A program made the position numbers and the translations under genes. Below, in pieces: positions 11,465 to 24,079 of a stretch of DNA of 64,000 nt. The DNA comes from Moniliella sp. 'wahieum'. Its lineage: Eukaryota. The notes under the pieces are model-generated. The model worked only from the letters and a program-made list of their open reading frames with translations. It was not told the origin of the DNA and did not search any database. The stretch's first letter is position 1. Each line of letters opens with the position of its first letter. Where the stretch lies: contig RSEE01000005.1 of assembly GCA_003971905.1 (NCBI GenBank), forward strand, positions 186,001 to 250,000. Direction: 5' to 3'.

Positions 11465-13993
11465 ATGGCGTCTTGCGGCGCCCCCGTGCCGGTGGCCACG
11501 TACTACCACACCTCCCTCATCACCCACACCCTCCCCGCCCCATCCTCCTCTCCCGCCCAGACGTCGGCAACCCGAGCAGCTCGTACGTCCCCTTCTCTTC
11601 CTCCTCCTTCCGTTCCTCCTCCCCTCCCACCAGCAGCTCGCCTGACTCTGCCACTCCTTCCTCCTCTTCTCCCTCCGCTTCTGCATCCGCACCCACACCC
11701 AGCAGCCCCACCACCTCGTCTCGGCCCACCACATACAGCCAGCCCACCACCTCATCCCAGCCCACTACCTCTGACCGACCGACAACCTCGTCCCAGCCCA
11801 CGACCTCGTCCCAGCCCACCACATCCTCCCAGCCCCCACATCCTCCCAGCCCACGACGTCGTCCCAGCCCACGACCTCGTCTCAGCCCACGACGTCGTCC
11901 CAACCCACGACCTCGTCCCAGCCCACTACCTCAGAGCGACCTACCACATCGTCTCAACCCACTACGTCCGATCAGCCAACTACCTCTCAGCGCCCTACTA
12001 CGTCGCAACAGCCCACCACATCCCAAAAACCCACCACGTCCCAAGAGCCTACCACCTCACAGCGGCCCACCACCTCTGTCCAGCCTACCTCGACCCACAG
12101 TACCGGTGATGGGGCTGGCAGTGGGAACGGAAATACTTCTGGTGGGGGAGGGACCACTTCAGGTGGAAACGGTGGACAAACGTCCACTCCCAATGGCAAT
12201 CAAGGAGGTACTGCCTCGGACGGGAACGGGGGCCAGACCTCTACCCGCGGAAGCGGAGACCGAACGTCGACCGGAAATGGCTCTGGCAATACTTCCGCTG
12301 CCAATGGGGGCAACGGTTCAGGTCGCACATCAACGGACGACAATGGCTCCGGGACTACGTCCGGTGGTGATGGTGGGGACAACAACAACAACAACAATGG
12401 CTCTGGCTCTGACTCGAATAACAATAACCGTCGTGCTCCTGCACCCACTCCCTGGTTGGGGGCCCGCCGGACTGTCCAGATTAACCCGCGTGCCGACAGT
12501 ATTTCTGTCGAGACCTCTCTGGTACCGTATACCACGATCTTCTCTACCCCCTCTTGCAGTACTGTGAGTGGGCAAATCGTCACACAGACGCTCACAGCGT
12601 CAGCTCCACTTCCCTCTGGAGCGAGTGTGGAGACACTTACCTCTGTTGTTGTTGTCCCTGGAACGACTATTCCTGGGGTCACAACGATCAATCCCTCGAC
12701 CGAGGTTTTGACCTCTACCGCCGTCGTCGTGGATGTGGCGGAGGGAAGGGTGGAAAAGGTGGGAAGGGAGCCCACAACAGGGAGGGCTTGCCGATGGCGG
12801 TGCCGGGGGCAAGGGGAACCATTCTTCAAATGCCGGTGCGATTGCGGGTGGCACAGTGGGCGGAGTGGCGGGGGCTGCGATCCTCTTGTTGCTTTTGCTG
12901 CTTGTTTGGCGTAGGCGCTCGCGCAACCGCATCGCCGATGCCGATGCTGCCGCCCTGGCCAACTGGGATGATAAGAATCAGCCCCGTGGACCGTTTGGTA
13001 AGGCAATTGCCGCCCTTGGCTTCCGTCGCCCTCATGCCCGGTTAGACCGTCTCTTTGCACCTGCGGGTGTACGGGGAGTGCAGGGCATGGAGACGACCCC
13101 TATCTCGACGATGAAGAGGACGTGCCTGGTACGGGAGAACGGGAAATGGAATCCACGGCGGCCGCTCCAATTGCGCATGGAACGAATGACGTTGAGGCCA
13201 ACGCATCGGAGCCCCGTTGGAGTGCACTCTATGGCCACAGCGCCGATCCATACAGTTCCGAAGGCACCCACAATCTTCCTTCTTTTGGGATGCATTACCC
13301 CCAAGACCCGACCTTGGTCGCGGCTGGACCCGCAGCTGGGAGAGAGTACCCTGGCTGGCAGGCAGACATGGGCGCAGAGCAACTCTATGGGCAAGGCGAC
13401 CCGTATGCAGCAGGGCAGTACTACCAGCCGCAGTCAATGGCGACCAAGCTGCCTTCCTTGCTTCTGCTCCCGGTGCACAAGCAGGTCCGTTTGCCGATCC
13501 TCAGTTCGGCGCGGTCCCCTCGCACGATTCGCGTTCTCCCCACTCACTGGACCACCTGTTGGATCGAGACGATGGCCTAACCTCGTTGGCGCAAGGCGGG
13601 CATCTCCCTGTGTCGACACCGGCCTGGAGCAACCTCCGCGTCGCTGTCGGGGAGTTTGGTATCGTCTGTACCGGCCGGACAAGGCGAGTCGTGCAGCAGC
13701 CTCTGAGCCCCCTCGTCCTTCCATCCTCCTTCGGGCGAAGCAGCTCGACGTGTGTCCTGACAGCGTCCATCTCGGATTTGGACCACCACTCGCCGCGGGA
13801 GAGCATGTTGCTAGCGGGGTCTCACTCCCCATTCCCACTCCAACTCGGACACGCGCGATCCGTTTGCCTCGCCACCCCGGCCGCCGTGGCGCAATCCGAG
13901 CGTTCCGCCCTGCTCCCTGCCTCGAACTCAGCCTCGCCTCCGCTCGCGGGATACGACCACTATCCGACCCGCTACGGCCACTTGGACCACTGA
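11465..13993 (+). CDS. Ser/Thr-rich mucin-like single-pass membrane protein (Mid2/Skg6-like architecture)
   Basis: SQPTTS repeats, Gly/Asn-rich linker, Thr/Val-rich stalk, TM segment AGAIAGGTVGGVAGAAILLLLLLLVW followed by RRRSRNR, cytoplasmic tail ending YGHLDH*; frameshifted. Confidence 0.75.
11700..12075 (+). repeat. 18-bp coding tandem repeat (SQPTTS)
   Basis: Many TCCCAGCCCACGACCTCG-type units. Confidence 0.9.
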
Positions 13994-14428
13994 GTGTGCC
14001 CCAAGGAGCTTGCTTGTTCCCTTTTGCTTTGAATGTTGCCTATCGCCCCCCTTCGCTCCTGTGCACTTCTTGTCTTGCCCCCTGCTTATGCTGTGCTTTG
14101 CTGTTCGTGTTTATGTCACTGTCTCATTGGTTGCTGCCCATTCTTTTTGGCCTGTAGCTGTAACGGGCCTGGCTTTTCTTATACTGACAGACCATGTTCT
14201 GATCCCAAGGCTATGCTCTCCACGCATAGGTCGTCCATCATCTCTGCCATACTAGTACTAAGTTGCTGCCCGCCTATTTACGTCCTTCGTCAAATGGAGT
14301 GCATGTATAGTTAAAGATGCCATGGGAGATGGGGAGGGAATACAGAGGCGATCATGCGGCCTTGCACAGGCCTTTTCGAAAGGACGAGGAAAGGGACAAA
14401 GAGACAAAGGCGAAAAGGGGGAAAAAAA

Positions 14429-17400
14429 CTAGGCGTCGTCGTCCGTATCAGGCTCGCGCTCGCCACCCTCGATGAGCCACTTGGTCTTACGCAACCGGCG
14501 GCGTTCTTCCTGTGCCTTCTTTTCGTTACGGGTCATCTTCTTCTTCTTGGGTGCCTTGGCCTTGAGCTTGCTCATGTCATCTCCCTTCTCCTCGTCACTA
14601 GGAATCGGGGTGCCCATGGCCGAAGGTGCAGCCGAGGCGAGCGGGGTGCCAGCCTTGCTGGCCAGACGGCTGGCGGCCGGGGTGGCAGACGGGGTGGTGC
14701 CCTCGGGCGTTTCGGCACCTCTTCACCAAAGCGCGAATCATCAATCGCAACCTTGGTCTTGCTTGTGATCTGACCATTGTCCACGTTCCAGATCTCGGAG
14801 CAAAGAGCAGTGACAAACTCCATGTTGTGGCTGATCAGCACCACCGCGCCCGACCACTCCTTGATCGCGACGGCCAAACCACCGAGCGTGTCGCGGTCCA
14901 AATAGTTCGTCGGCTCGTCCAGCACCAACACTTGGGGCTTGTTCCACAGAGCGGCAGCCAACACCACCTTGACCTTTTGACCGCCCGACAAGCCCGCCAT
15001 CTCGTGGTGCTCCGCAATCTCGCCGTTCAATCCTACTGCCTCGAGGTGCTTGCGGATCTCCTTCTGGCTCAGTCACGGGCACCCGCACCCTCACGAGACG
15101 ACTCAAAGTCGTCAAATTGCTGTACGAGCTTGGTAAAGCCCAACTCAATCAGCCGCTCGCGCGGAATCCACGTGTTGAACTTGTGCTGCAGACCTTGCCA
15201 TTTGACTTCGTACTGGAACGATTTCTTCAACTTGGCCCGCCCCACCAGGAAATCCACCCGCCGCGTCTCTCCCGTCTTGCTCGTGATTGGCACGGCCATC
15301 TGCGCTCCTCCTCGGACGTCATCTTGCGCGTCGCCTTCTCCGTCAGCTCACGGTCCGAGCCCGACTGGAAACGCCAGGTAATGTATTGGATCGGTGTCTT
15401 TTCCAAGTGCTGTTCCAAGTGGTGGAAGGCATGCTGGGCCATCATGGCCACACGCAAAGCCGGGTGCTTCTCCACCTTGCCCTCTTGTGGCACTACCTCC
15501 CCCGTCAAGCACTTGATCAGCGTCGACTTGCCCGCACCGTTGGGGCCCACACACCAATCCGGCTCGACAGGCACAGCGGCCGAGGCATGCGAGATGGAGG
15601 GCTTCTTCATCCCTGGGTAGGTGTACGTCACGTCGGACAATTTGAGAATGGTGCGCGTCTGACTGCGCACACCCATCAGGTGTCCCGGTTCGGGGAAGCT
15701 GAACTTGACAACCGACGCGTTGAGCGAGTAGAATGTCTTGGCCTCGGGCTTCTTCTCGACAAAGTCCGACAGGTTGCCCTTGTAGTACTTGATTTCTTGT
15801 TTTCGTAGTGCATAATGTCTGTGCACACATTGTCCAAGAAGCCCGAGTCGTGGGAGACGGTGAGGACCGTGATGTTCTTGTTGGACACGAGGTAGTTCTC
15901 CAGCCAGGCGACCGAACCGACATCCAGGTGGTTCGTCGGCTCATCCAGAAGAAGAATGTCGGCACCTACCAGCATCGCACGCGCCAGCTCCAACTTCATC
16001 TTCCATCCACCCGAAAGGGAGCCAACAGGATGCGTCTGGCGCTCATCGTCAAACCCAACGTCCCGCAACGCCTGCGCCACCTCAGCTTCGGGCTTGCCTT
16101 CAATCCCCTTGGAGTGCAGCACAAACGGCAAGATTGGCGCACTGCCGTCTTCGCCCTGCAGCGAGTGCTCCACCATGATAGTGCGAAGCACATCTTGGGT
16201 CGGGTAACCCTCTACCTTGCCGTCCCGCATGGCCTTGAGCAGTGTCGACTTACCCGAACCGTTCGTGGCCACAATACCGTAGCGGTGGCCACGGTGCAGA
16301 CGCAGGGTCGTGTGGTTGAGCAGAAGCAGACCACCGTACGCAAGAGAGAACTGGATGTTGCACAACTGCTCCCCCTCGATATCCTCGTCGTCTTCTTCTT
16401 TGCCGTACTTGGCCTCGTCCAAGGCAACGTAGTGCTTGCGCAGCGCATCGCACACATTCTCCGCCTTGGTTGCGTCCCCCAAAAGACGCCGCAACACGGG
16501 CAGGACATAAGTTTCCTTCCATGCAGCTTCGTACACGATCCGCTTGGCCGACAGACGCGCAATCACATTGGCCAAGTACTGGATCCCAACCTGGGCCCAC
16601 TTGTCGGACGCCAGCGGCGTGCCTTGCGGCATGACTGGTGTCAGCTGGGCCGTGATCGCGTCCACCGCCGCCTTTTGAGCTTGGGCAAATTCTTGGGCCT
16701 TGCTCTCGGGTGCCTTCTCCGCCCCAGCACCTTCCAGGTCCTTGAGCGCAGCATGCAACGTGTCCAGCGCTGACTTGGCGTGCTCCCGTACCTCGGGGAA
16801 GGAGGCGTGTGTCGTAGATCCGCTGCACGCCAGGCGTTAGAGCAGGGAGGAAACGTGCAGCCTCGCGCGGGTCGCGCACCAGCTTGCACAGGTTCTCCAC
16901 CACAATTACCGTGCTGCGCTGTACGGTCTGGTTACGCTCGTTGAGCGCGCGCACAACACATCGGTACCATCACTGCCAAAGCCGGGCCCGTCACCTCGGC
17001 CACAAAGGTAGTCGAACTCAATTTCTTGATGCACTGCGGCACCGTGTCGGGCTTGTTCATGCACCCCACCAAGTCCGGGATGAAAGGGCGAAGATCGTTG
17101 TTTTCCAACGTGTTCTGGCACACCTTGGTCGCCGTCTTGACAGCCTGCTTGGAGATCTGGGAGGAAGGAGACAGGGAGAGTTAGGACAGGCCGAATGAAG
17201 CAAAGAGGTCAAAGAATACAGGCTGAACATACCTCGGCCTTGGTTTCGTGCATTGAGTGGGTTAGAACAGGGATTAGGTTTCCAGCACCTCGCCAATTTG
17301 TTCCGAGTCTGCCTCAGACAGGCGCGAGAGCAACTTGAGCGTTCCCACCTTGGTCTGCCACTTGGGCGCACCGTCCTTCAAGATCGAGTAGAGGCGGGTG

Positions 17401-17998
17401 AGGACGTCGGGGGCCTTCGGGGGGCACAAGAGAGACAAGAGCCGAAGTGGCATGCTCAGCCGCCTCACGGACCGAGTCGGACTTGTCGGCATACAAGTCG
17501 AGGGCAGGCGGGAGCAGGTCCATCAGCCACGGCTCTGCACCCAGGGCAAACGGTTCAGCGTTCTTCCCCGCACACTTGTAAGCAATGGTCTGCAGAGCAA
17601 CTGCCGAAGACTCTCGCTCCAGCGCGGATTTTTTGTTTGTCGAGGCAGCCAGGGAGCGAGGCAGTGATCCCCTCGGCGTCGAGGACGCGTAGTCCGTGCT
17701 CGTTGATGTAGGCCGCCAGAGCATCGGCCGCAACGGGGGCCTCCTCGGAGGAAGCAGTGTAAAGTGCGCGGAGTAAGGGCTGGGCCTCGGGCGCAGCCAG
17801 CTCAGCGGCCTTGCCATCGCCCTTGGGGTCGGACTTCTTGGGAGCAGCAGGGTGCGCGGCGCCAGCACGGGCAGGCTTGGTGGTCGCCGCCGCCGCACTG
17901 AGGGAGCCCCCACGGCCGCTGGAGTGGATGTGCATCCCTCCGCCCTGGGGGTTGAATGAGGACGCGCTCGCCGACAGAGGCTTGCTGGGAGGCGCCAT
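14429..17998 (-). CDS. NEW1: eEF3-like ABCF ATPase New1/Elf1 (HEAT, two ABC domains, chromo insert)
   Basis: FSLAYGGLLLL, NGSGKSTLLKAM, LSGGWKMKLELARAM, LDEPTNHLD, GPNGAGKSTL, YEVKWQGL chromo insert, LSGGQKVKVV, New1-type C-terminus TRNEKKAQEERRRLRKTKWL...DTDDDA; intron ~17158-17232. Confidence 0.93.
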
Positions 17999-18508
17999 GG
18001 GGGAGGAGGGGGAGGAGGTGGTGGTGGGGGGGGGGGCGGGCAGAGCACAGGCCTGCGTTTGCTTTTTTTCGTTTGCACGCCGGCCGCAACGCAAAAAATT
18101 TCAGCCGAGACTGGCGCTGCGCCGGGGAATGCCCCCGTGCCCGCCGGCGCCACCACACAGCACCGCACCACACCGCTGCTGGCACATCCCACGGCCAGCT
18201 GCAACGCAATCTGAATCACCAGGGCAATCAATTAATTATCTCGCAAACCCTGTGGCCTCTGCGATCTGATGATCAATGAATGATCTCTGGTCCCTCCCAT
18301 GTCGCCCACGCCCCGCCTTCGCCCATCTCACCTCCATCTACTCGCTGCTCTTCCTCGCGTCTACGTTTGTCCATGGTCCCTAACAAGCTGGCCAGATCTA
18401 TACGCACAACACCATTTTTCATGTCACCATGCCTCATATCTCTATTCCATACGCATACCTCATATATACACTTGTTCTGCCCCTCGAAAAAAAGCACGTC
18501 AAAACGGC

Positions 18509-18738
18509 TCAGGTCATGCGCACCAACTGCGCCAGCTGGGCGCGGACCCAAGGCGTGTCCTCCAGACGGTACACAAACGTCGACTGGTTCACGCCGATGC
18601 ATGTCCGCTCGTTGGCCAGCGGTGCACCAGGTGCACGCCGGCACCCAGGTCCGGATCACTCTTGCGTACACGCACTTGTACAGGCTCCACGGCGGGTGTG
18701 GTGAACTGGAAAACGTAGGTGTAGTACTCTGATGACAT
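18509..18738 (-). CDS. Small hypothetical protein (~76 aa), absent from the ORF track because of one indel
   Basis: ATG at 18738 gives MSSEYYTYVFQFTTPAVEPVQVRVRKSDPDLGAGVHLVH, then in a second frame ANERTCIGVNQSTFVYRLEDTPWVRAQLAQLVRMT* (stop 18509). The span is 230 nt, one short of 77 codons. A TTATAA lies at ~19017 and a possible 5'-UTR intron donor GTAGGT at ~18929. Confidence 0.5.
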
Positions 18739-19751
18739 GTCTCTGTCCTTGTGTTGTGGACAGTGTCTGTGCCGGTCACCTCTACCTTCCTGGTCAGCTT
18801 CTGGTTGGTGTAGATTCGTTGGTATCCACCATCAGGTCCGAACCTAGAAGCGGGGGCTTATTGCATCCCTCACTGTTGGGGGATTTCGTCTTCTGGTAAC
18901 TCGGCCTGAGAGGGAAGAGATGGACCTACCCGCCTGCCTGATTCAACGATGGTGCCAACAAACGAGGTGGAGGCTGGGAGATGCTGGGAGATGATGGGCG
19001 AACTGAACGCTGGCCTTATAACCAAGCGCAGCCAACGCCTCGGCTAATAGAGAGTAGTCGATAGTCTCTGGATCAGAAGCGGAAGGTCACCGTGACCGGT
19101 CGCGTGGAGGACTAACATGTAACAGAGAGCCTGAGTCGCCGTGTGCCGTTCTGCTGTGCTAATAGCAGCGCTTAGTACCTATTGTGACCGGTGACCCTTT
19201 TCCCCCTTTCCTCCGTTGATAAAACATCTGTGTGTGGCTTGCGGAGTGCGACAGGGTAAGGACAAAAAGGGCTTGTGGATCGTTGGGCGATCGGAGGACA
19301 TGTGGTGCTCGGTAGCACCAGGTAGCACCCCACCGTCACCATGTGGGGCCCCCGCCGGAGTATCTCGGCGCGAGAGAACAATACCCCACTCCCGCCGGGT
19401 AGACCAGGCAGTGTACAACAGGACAGCAGCGAATCCAATCCACCTATAATCAAGGGCTTGAGACCTTGCAAATTGCATAATTGCAAATCGTTCAGATCCT
19501 TCGCACAGCCGTGGCCTATGCGAACACCGAGGTCCTCTTCGTCATGATGTAATGACGCAGTGTGATGGCTGCATTTATCTCTCTTTGAACAGGGGAAAGG
19601 TGGAAAGAACTGAGATACCATCGATGTTATGCACATTCCTACACTATGAACGAGCGCGTCAGCAGAAGTTGATGAATGGTGCGAAAATCAAATTATACTG
19701 TCCATCAGAATGCAAAACCACAGATGTGTGCGAGACAATGGTGTGGGGAGC

Positions 19752-21562
19752 CTAGATCCAGAGGCCAAAGCCCTCGTCCGTCAACTCGGCACGGAGCTGA
19801 CTAACATCGGTTCCAGCAGGTAGCTTCACATGAACCGGCGGTGCGACCAGAACAAAATCGCCGTTGGAGCTGTCGGACCCTGAATCCGACAGATCATCTT
19901 CCAACAAAATCTCCTCGCCATCGTCCGTCGCGTCCCGCACATGCGCACGACGCTTTGTCTGGCTCGGCCATAGCCCACTGATCCGCACTTCCCCCTCCGA
20001 AGTCAAATCCACATCCAGTTGGCTGGCGTCAAAGCTCGACGAGTCGGATTGGAGATTGGGCGTGAAAGGGTAGAAGTAAAGTGGTTTGGGCTTCGAAGCA
20101 GGTTCCGTGGTAGACTCTGAAGTTGACTCGGGAGAAGAGTCTGAAGTAGGCTGTGCCGTTGTCTCGGGCGTAGATGCTGTAGCAGGAACCGTTGCAGACA
20201 CCGGGGTGGGTTCGGCGGTTGGTTCCGTGGCAGGTTCCGTGGCAGGTTTCGCGGTTGGTTCGGTGGCAGGTCCGGTGGCAGGCTCGGTGACGGGCACGGT
20301 GACGGATTCAGTGGCAGGCTCCGTAACGGGTTGGGCAGATGCCTCCTCCGGAGCAAGAAGAGGATGCAAGCTCAGGGACAGCAGGCGTGGGCTTGGGCGT
20401 CGGCTGAGGCTCAGCTGTGGCCTCCTCCTGCTCGGGATCGTCCAAAACTTGTGCCATGAGATGGCGGATAGTGCTCACGTACGGATCCTCGCCCGGGACA
20501 GATACCGATTCCGAGGACATCAGCCTCATCCTTCTGGGCTACGCGTTCCTTGAGTGCCTCCGCAACAGTGGTCAGCGGATCCGATGGTTGAGACGGAGGG
20601 GAGGAGGGAGCAGCAACGGTAGGCTGGGCAGGCTCTGAGGGCTGTGCGGCCTCCGTAGCGGCAGCAGTCGTTTCCACACGAGCGGGTGGCGCAGGCATGG
20701 CGTCCTGCGAAGAAGATGATTCAGGCGCGGATTCCTTGGGGCAGGAGACGCATCCGTTGAAGAAGATGCAGCATCGTCATCAGTAGAAGCAGGTCCGGTC
20801 GGGTCCAGGACACGGCCCATCAAGTGGAACAGTGCACGGGTGAAAGGGTCTCCGTTCTCCTCCTTGTCTTGATCCTGCTGCTTGGGGGGAGCGACATCCG
20901 AGTCATCGTCGATTGCCTCCCTGGCGCGCGAAAGGAGTGCTTCCATGAGGGAAGTGAAAAACATCCTCCTCGGCCGTCTTGGTGGGGGTCTTCGTGGTGA
21001 CCTCAGGTTCGGCCGCCGGGGCTGCGGCGGGAGACTTGGCAGGTGAGTGCGAAGGCTCCTGGGCACAAGCGCAGGCACCTGAAGCACAAGCGCCCGACTC
21101 ACAAGTACAAGACCCCTTGTTGGAGCAGCCAGACTGGGTCTCTTGCTCCGACGGGACTGGGTCAAAAGTGACGGTCCATGTCAGGCTGGGCTGCGCTTGT
21201 TGCGCGACCCAGCGTTGGTAAGCCGCTTGTCTGGCGCGTTGCAGCTGGGCTTGGTGAAGTTTAGCCTGACGACGGAGCTCGGCCTGACGCCCTAGCTCTG
21301 CGTCCCGCCGCAGTTGAGCCTGGAGACGAAGTTGAGCGTTTACACGGAGTTGGGCTTGACGGCGAAGTTCGGCTTGCCGATGACGGAGTTCAACTTGACG
21401 ACGGAGCTCAGCCTGGCGTGCCTTGTGCTGCGCGGCCTCGACCAACGCAGCCTCAACGTAGGCTCGCTTTTCCGCAGCCTGCTGTCTGGCTTGGAGGACA
21501 AGATAGTCGTCGAGGGCGATGCGCTCGTACGCGGGCTGGTAGACGACGGGGTAGAAGGACAT
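19752..21562 (-). CDS. Large low-complexity protein with a C-terminal alpha-crystallin/Hsp20-like domain
   Basis: MSFYPVVY start, AELRRQ coiled-coil repeats, Cys cluster, PATE repeats, C-terminal QLDVDLTSEGEVRISG...VKLPAGTDVSQLRAELTDEGFGLWI*; TATA-like TATAAAAA at ~21629-21636 (minus strand). Confidence 0.6.
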
Positions 21563-21780
21563 GGCGAAGTGGCGGTGGGTGGTGTGGGAGAGGTGTGGAT
21601 GGGGGGCCAAGGGTATTAGCAGTGGCCGTTTTTATACACGCCCTGCGTATGGGCTGAGCACAGGGCCAGACGGATGGACTGCGTCGCTGGCCATCGTCGG
21701 CGTTCGCCGAGGGTCGACGACGCGTGTCGTTTTCTCTGGCCGCCCATGGTCGTAGGTGGTGGAGCCGTGGCGAAGCCACT

Positions 21781-22020
21781 GGAACTTTCGGCACGTGCGG
21801 TGCCACGTGACATGACTCTCGACAGGCGACACGTGACATGTAGTGCTCTTGCCAGTGGGCTTGGCTTGGCTTGGCTCTGCTGTGCTTTGGCCCGCGCTTT
21901 GCCGAGGGCCGACGCGGCTGGATTGCAATTTCAAGCGCCAACCACGCCGACGCTGGGAGCAGGCTGGTGGGCCGCACGAGGCCAGCGGCGCAGGTGCGCT
22001 CCTTACGCGCTGCATGACTC
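21781..22020. promoter_or_regulatory. Divergent promoter with an HSE-like unit, three CACGTG E-boxes and two Gcn4/Cpc1-type TGACTC sites
   Basis: GGAACTTTC at 21781; CACGTG at 21792, 21804 and 21830; TGACTC at 21813 and 22015. Confidence 0.5.
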
Positions 22021-22160
22021 GATCGCTTTTTTGCCGCCGACGTCAGAAGACTGGGCAGCCACACTCGCCCCAGCAATGGCCATCTAAGCACACCTCTACC
22101 CACCAGCGCCACCACCACCACTGCTCCTACTGCCCTGCCCCCCCCCCCCAGCCAACAACC

Positions 22161-23809
22161 ATGCCCGCCAACTGGACCCCAGCTCGTGGCGCACCAAGCC
22201 TGTCGCCCAGGACGTTGTCTATCCCGACACCGACAAGCTCAATGGCGTCTGCCAGCGCCTCAGCTCGCTTCCTGGCCTCGTAACCCCCGGCGAGGTGGAA
22301 CGTCTGCGGGGTGCCCTCTCGGAGGTTGCCGCCGGCCGCGCTTTCCTGCTCCAGGCCGGCGACTGTGCCGAGCTGTTCTCGTACTGTGATCCGGCCCAGA
22401 TCGAAGCCAAGCTCAAGCTTGTGTTGGTCATGAGCCTCATCATTATTTGGGCGCGCGGACACCCGTGGTGCGCATTGGGCGGATTGCTGGGCAGTATGCT
22501 AAGCCCCGGTCCAAGCCCACCGAAATCGTCAAGGTAGATGGCCAAGAGAAGGAGGTCCTTTCGTTCCGAGGAGACAATGTTAATGGCTTTGGGCTAGAGG
22601 AGCGCGTTCCGGACCCTGAGCGCTTGATGCAGGCCTACTTCTACTCCACCGCCACGCTCAACCATTTGCGTGCGTCCCTGGGCAGCGGCTTTGCCGATTT
22701 GCATGCGCCAATGCAGTGGTCCTTTGAGCACGTCCGCTCCCCCACCCTCCAAGCCGAGTTTGAGAGCATTGTCGATTCCCTCACGGACTCTCTCGAGTTT
22801 ATGCGCACCATTGGAGCCGACCCTTCCGGTGCCGGCACTCCTACTTCGGCCGCCGCTGGGCCGCTCAGCTCGGTGGACTACTACATCAGCCACGAGGGAC
22901 TGATGCTAGAGTACGAGGAGGCGCTGACGCGCTACGCTACACTTCCCACCAAGGTGCGCACTCCACAGGACTCGGCGGCGTCGACGCCATCCAGCTCCAT
23001 GGTACTGCCCTGAGGAGGAGAAGGGTGCCTACGCCCTCTCGGCACATACCATCTGGCTTGGGGATCGGACCCGTCAACTGGACGGAGCGCACGTGGAGTT
23101 TTTCCGTGGCATTCGCAACCCGATCGGGATCAAGGTGGGGCCGACGATGCAGCCGGCCGAGCTGGTGGCCATGCTCGACCTCGTCAATCCGCAGCGAGAG
23201 GCGGGCGGTCACGCTCATCTGCCGGTACGGAGCAAGCAAGATCGATGCACTGCTGCCAGCGCACATTGAGGCCGTGCAGGCATCGGGTCATCGGGATGCG
23301 GTGATCTGGTGCTGCGATCCCATGCATGGCAACACTGTTACCGCCCCTGGCGATGCCGGGATCAAGACGCGCCGGTTTGCCGACATTGTGACGGAGCTAG
23401 TGCGGGCCCTCAAGATCCATGCGTCGCTAGGCAGCCGTCTTGGTGGTGCCCACCTCGAGTTGACCGGCGAGATTGATGAGTCTGGGTTCAGCGTGACCGA
23501 GTGTTTGGGTGGGAGCATGCAGCTGGGCCCGACAGACTTGGCTAAGCGGTACCGCTCCCACTGCGATCCTCGGCTCAACTACGAACAGAGTTTGGACATT
23601 GCTTTCGTCATCAGTTCTTTCCTCAAGGCTCAACGACGCAAGGCCGGGCGGACTCCCCGACACGGCCATGCTGCTTTCAGCGGGACCCCTCTGTGCACCG
23701 TGGAGCCTCGCCCGCCCCACGGACGGGACCGAGCCATTTGACCGAGAGTGGGTCACAAGAAGACGACTTGCTGGCGGAGCTGGTCAAGGGCATTGAGACA
23801 CGGCCGTAG
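22161..23809 (+). CDS. Class II DAHP synthase (phospho-2-dehydro-3-deoxyheptonate aldolase)
   Basis: [88 protein letters not shown]. Confidence 0.93.
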
Positions 23810-24079
23810 GGCTTTTTGGCGTGGCAAGAGGTGCTAATCTGTGCTTCCCATCGCCCAAGAAACAACGTACTTTGCTGCAGTTGTCATTCTATGCGACCAT
23901 CTCACATGAGGCGTTTGCTGCTTATATATAGGTGGGGTTACCGTGAAGGGGCGGAGGATGGAGGGGAAAGCATAGATACAGAGTGACCCCGCCACGGTAT
24001 GCATGATTGAAAGTAAAATGCACCAGAATCAATGCAGGGCCATAAGCTGGCGTGACCATACCAGACTTGGCAAAAAGAA

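Noticed and set aside
19172..19750. Short ORFs between the orphan and the Hsp20-like gene
   Set aside because: No coding-like composition or recognisable motif; likely UTR or promoter sequence
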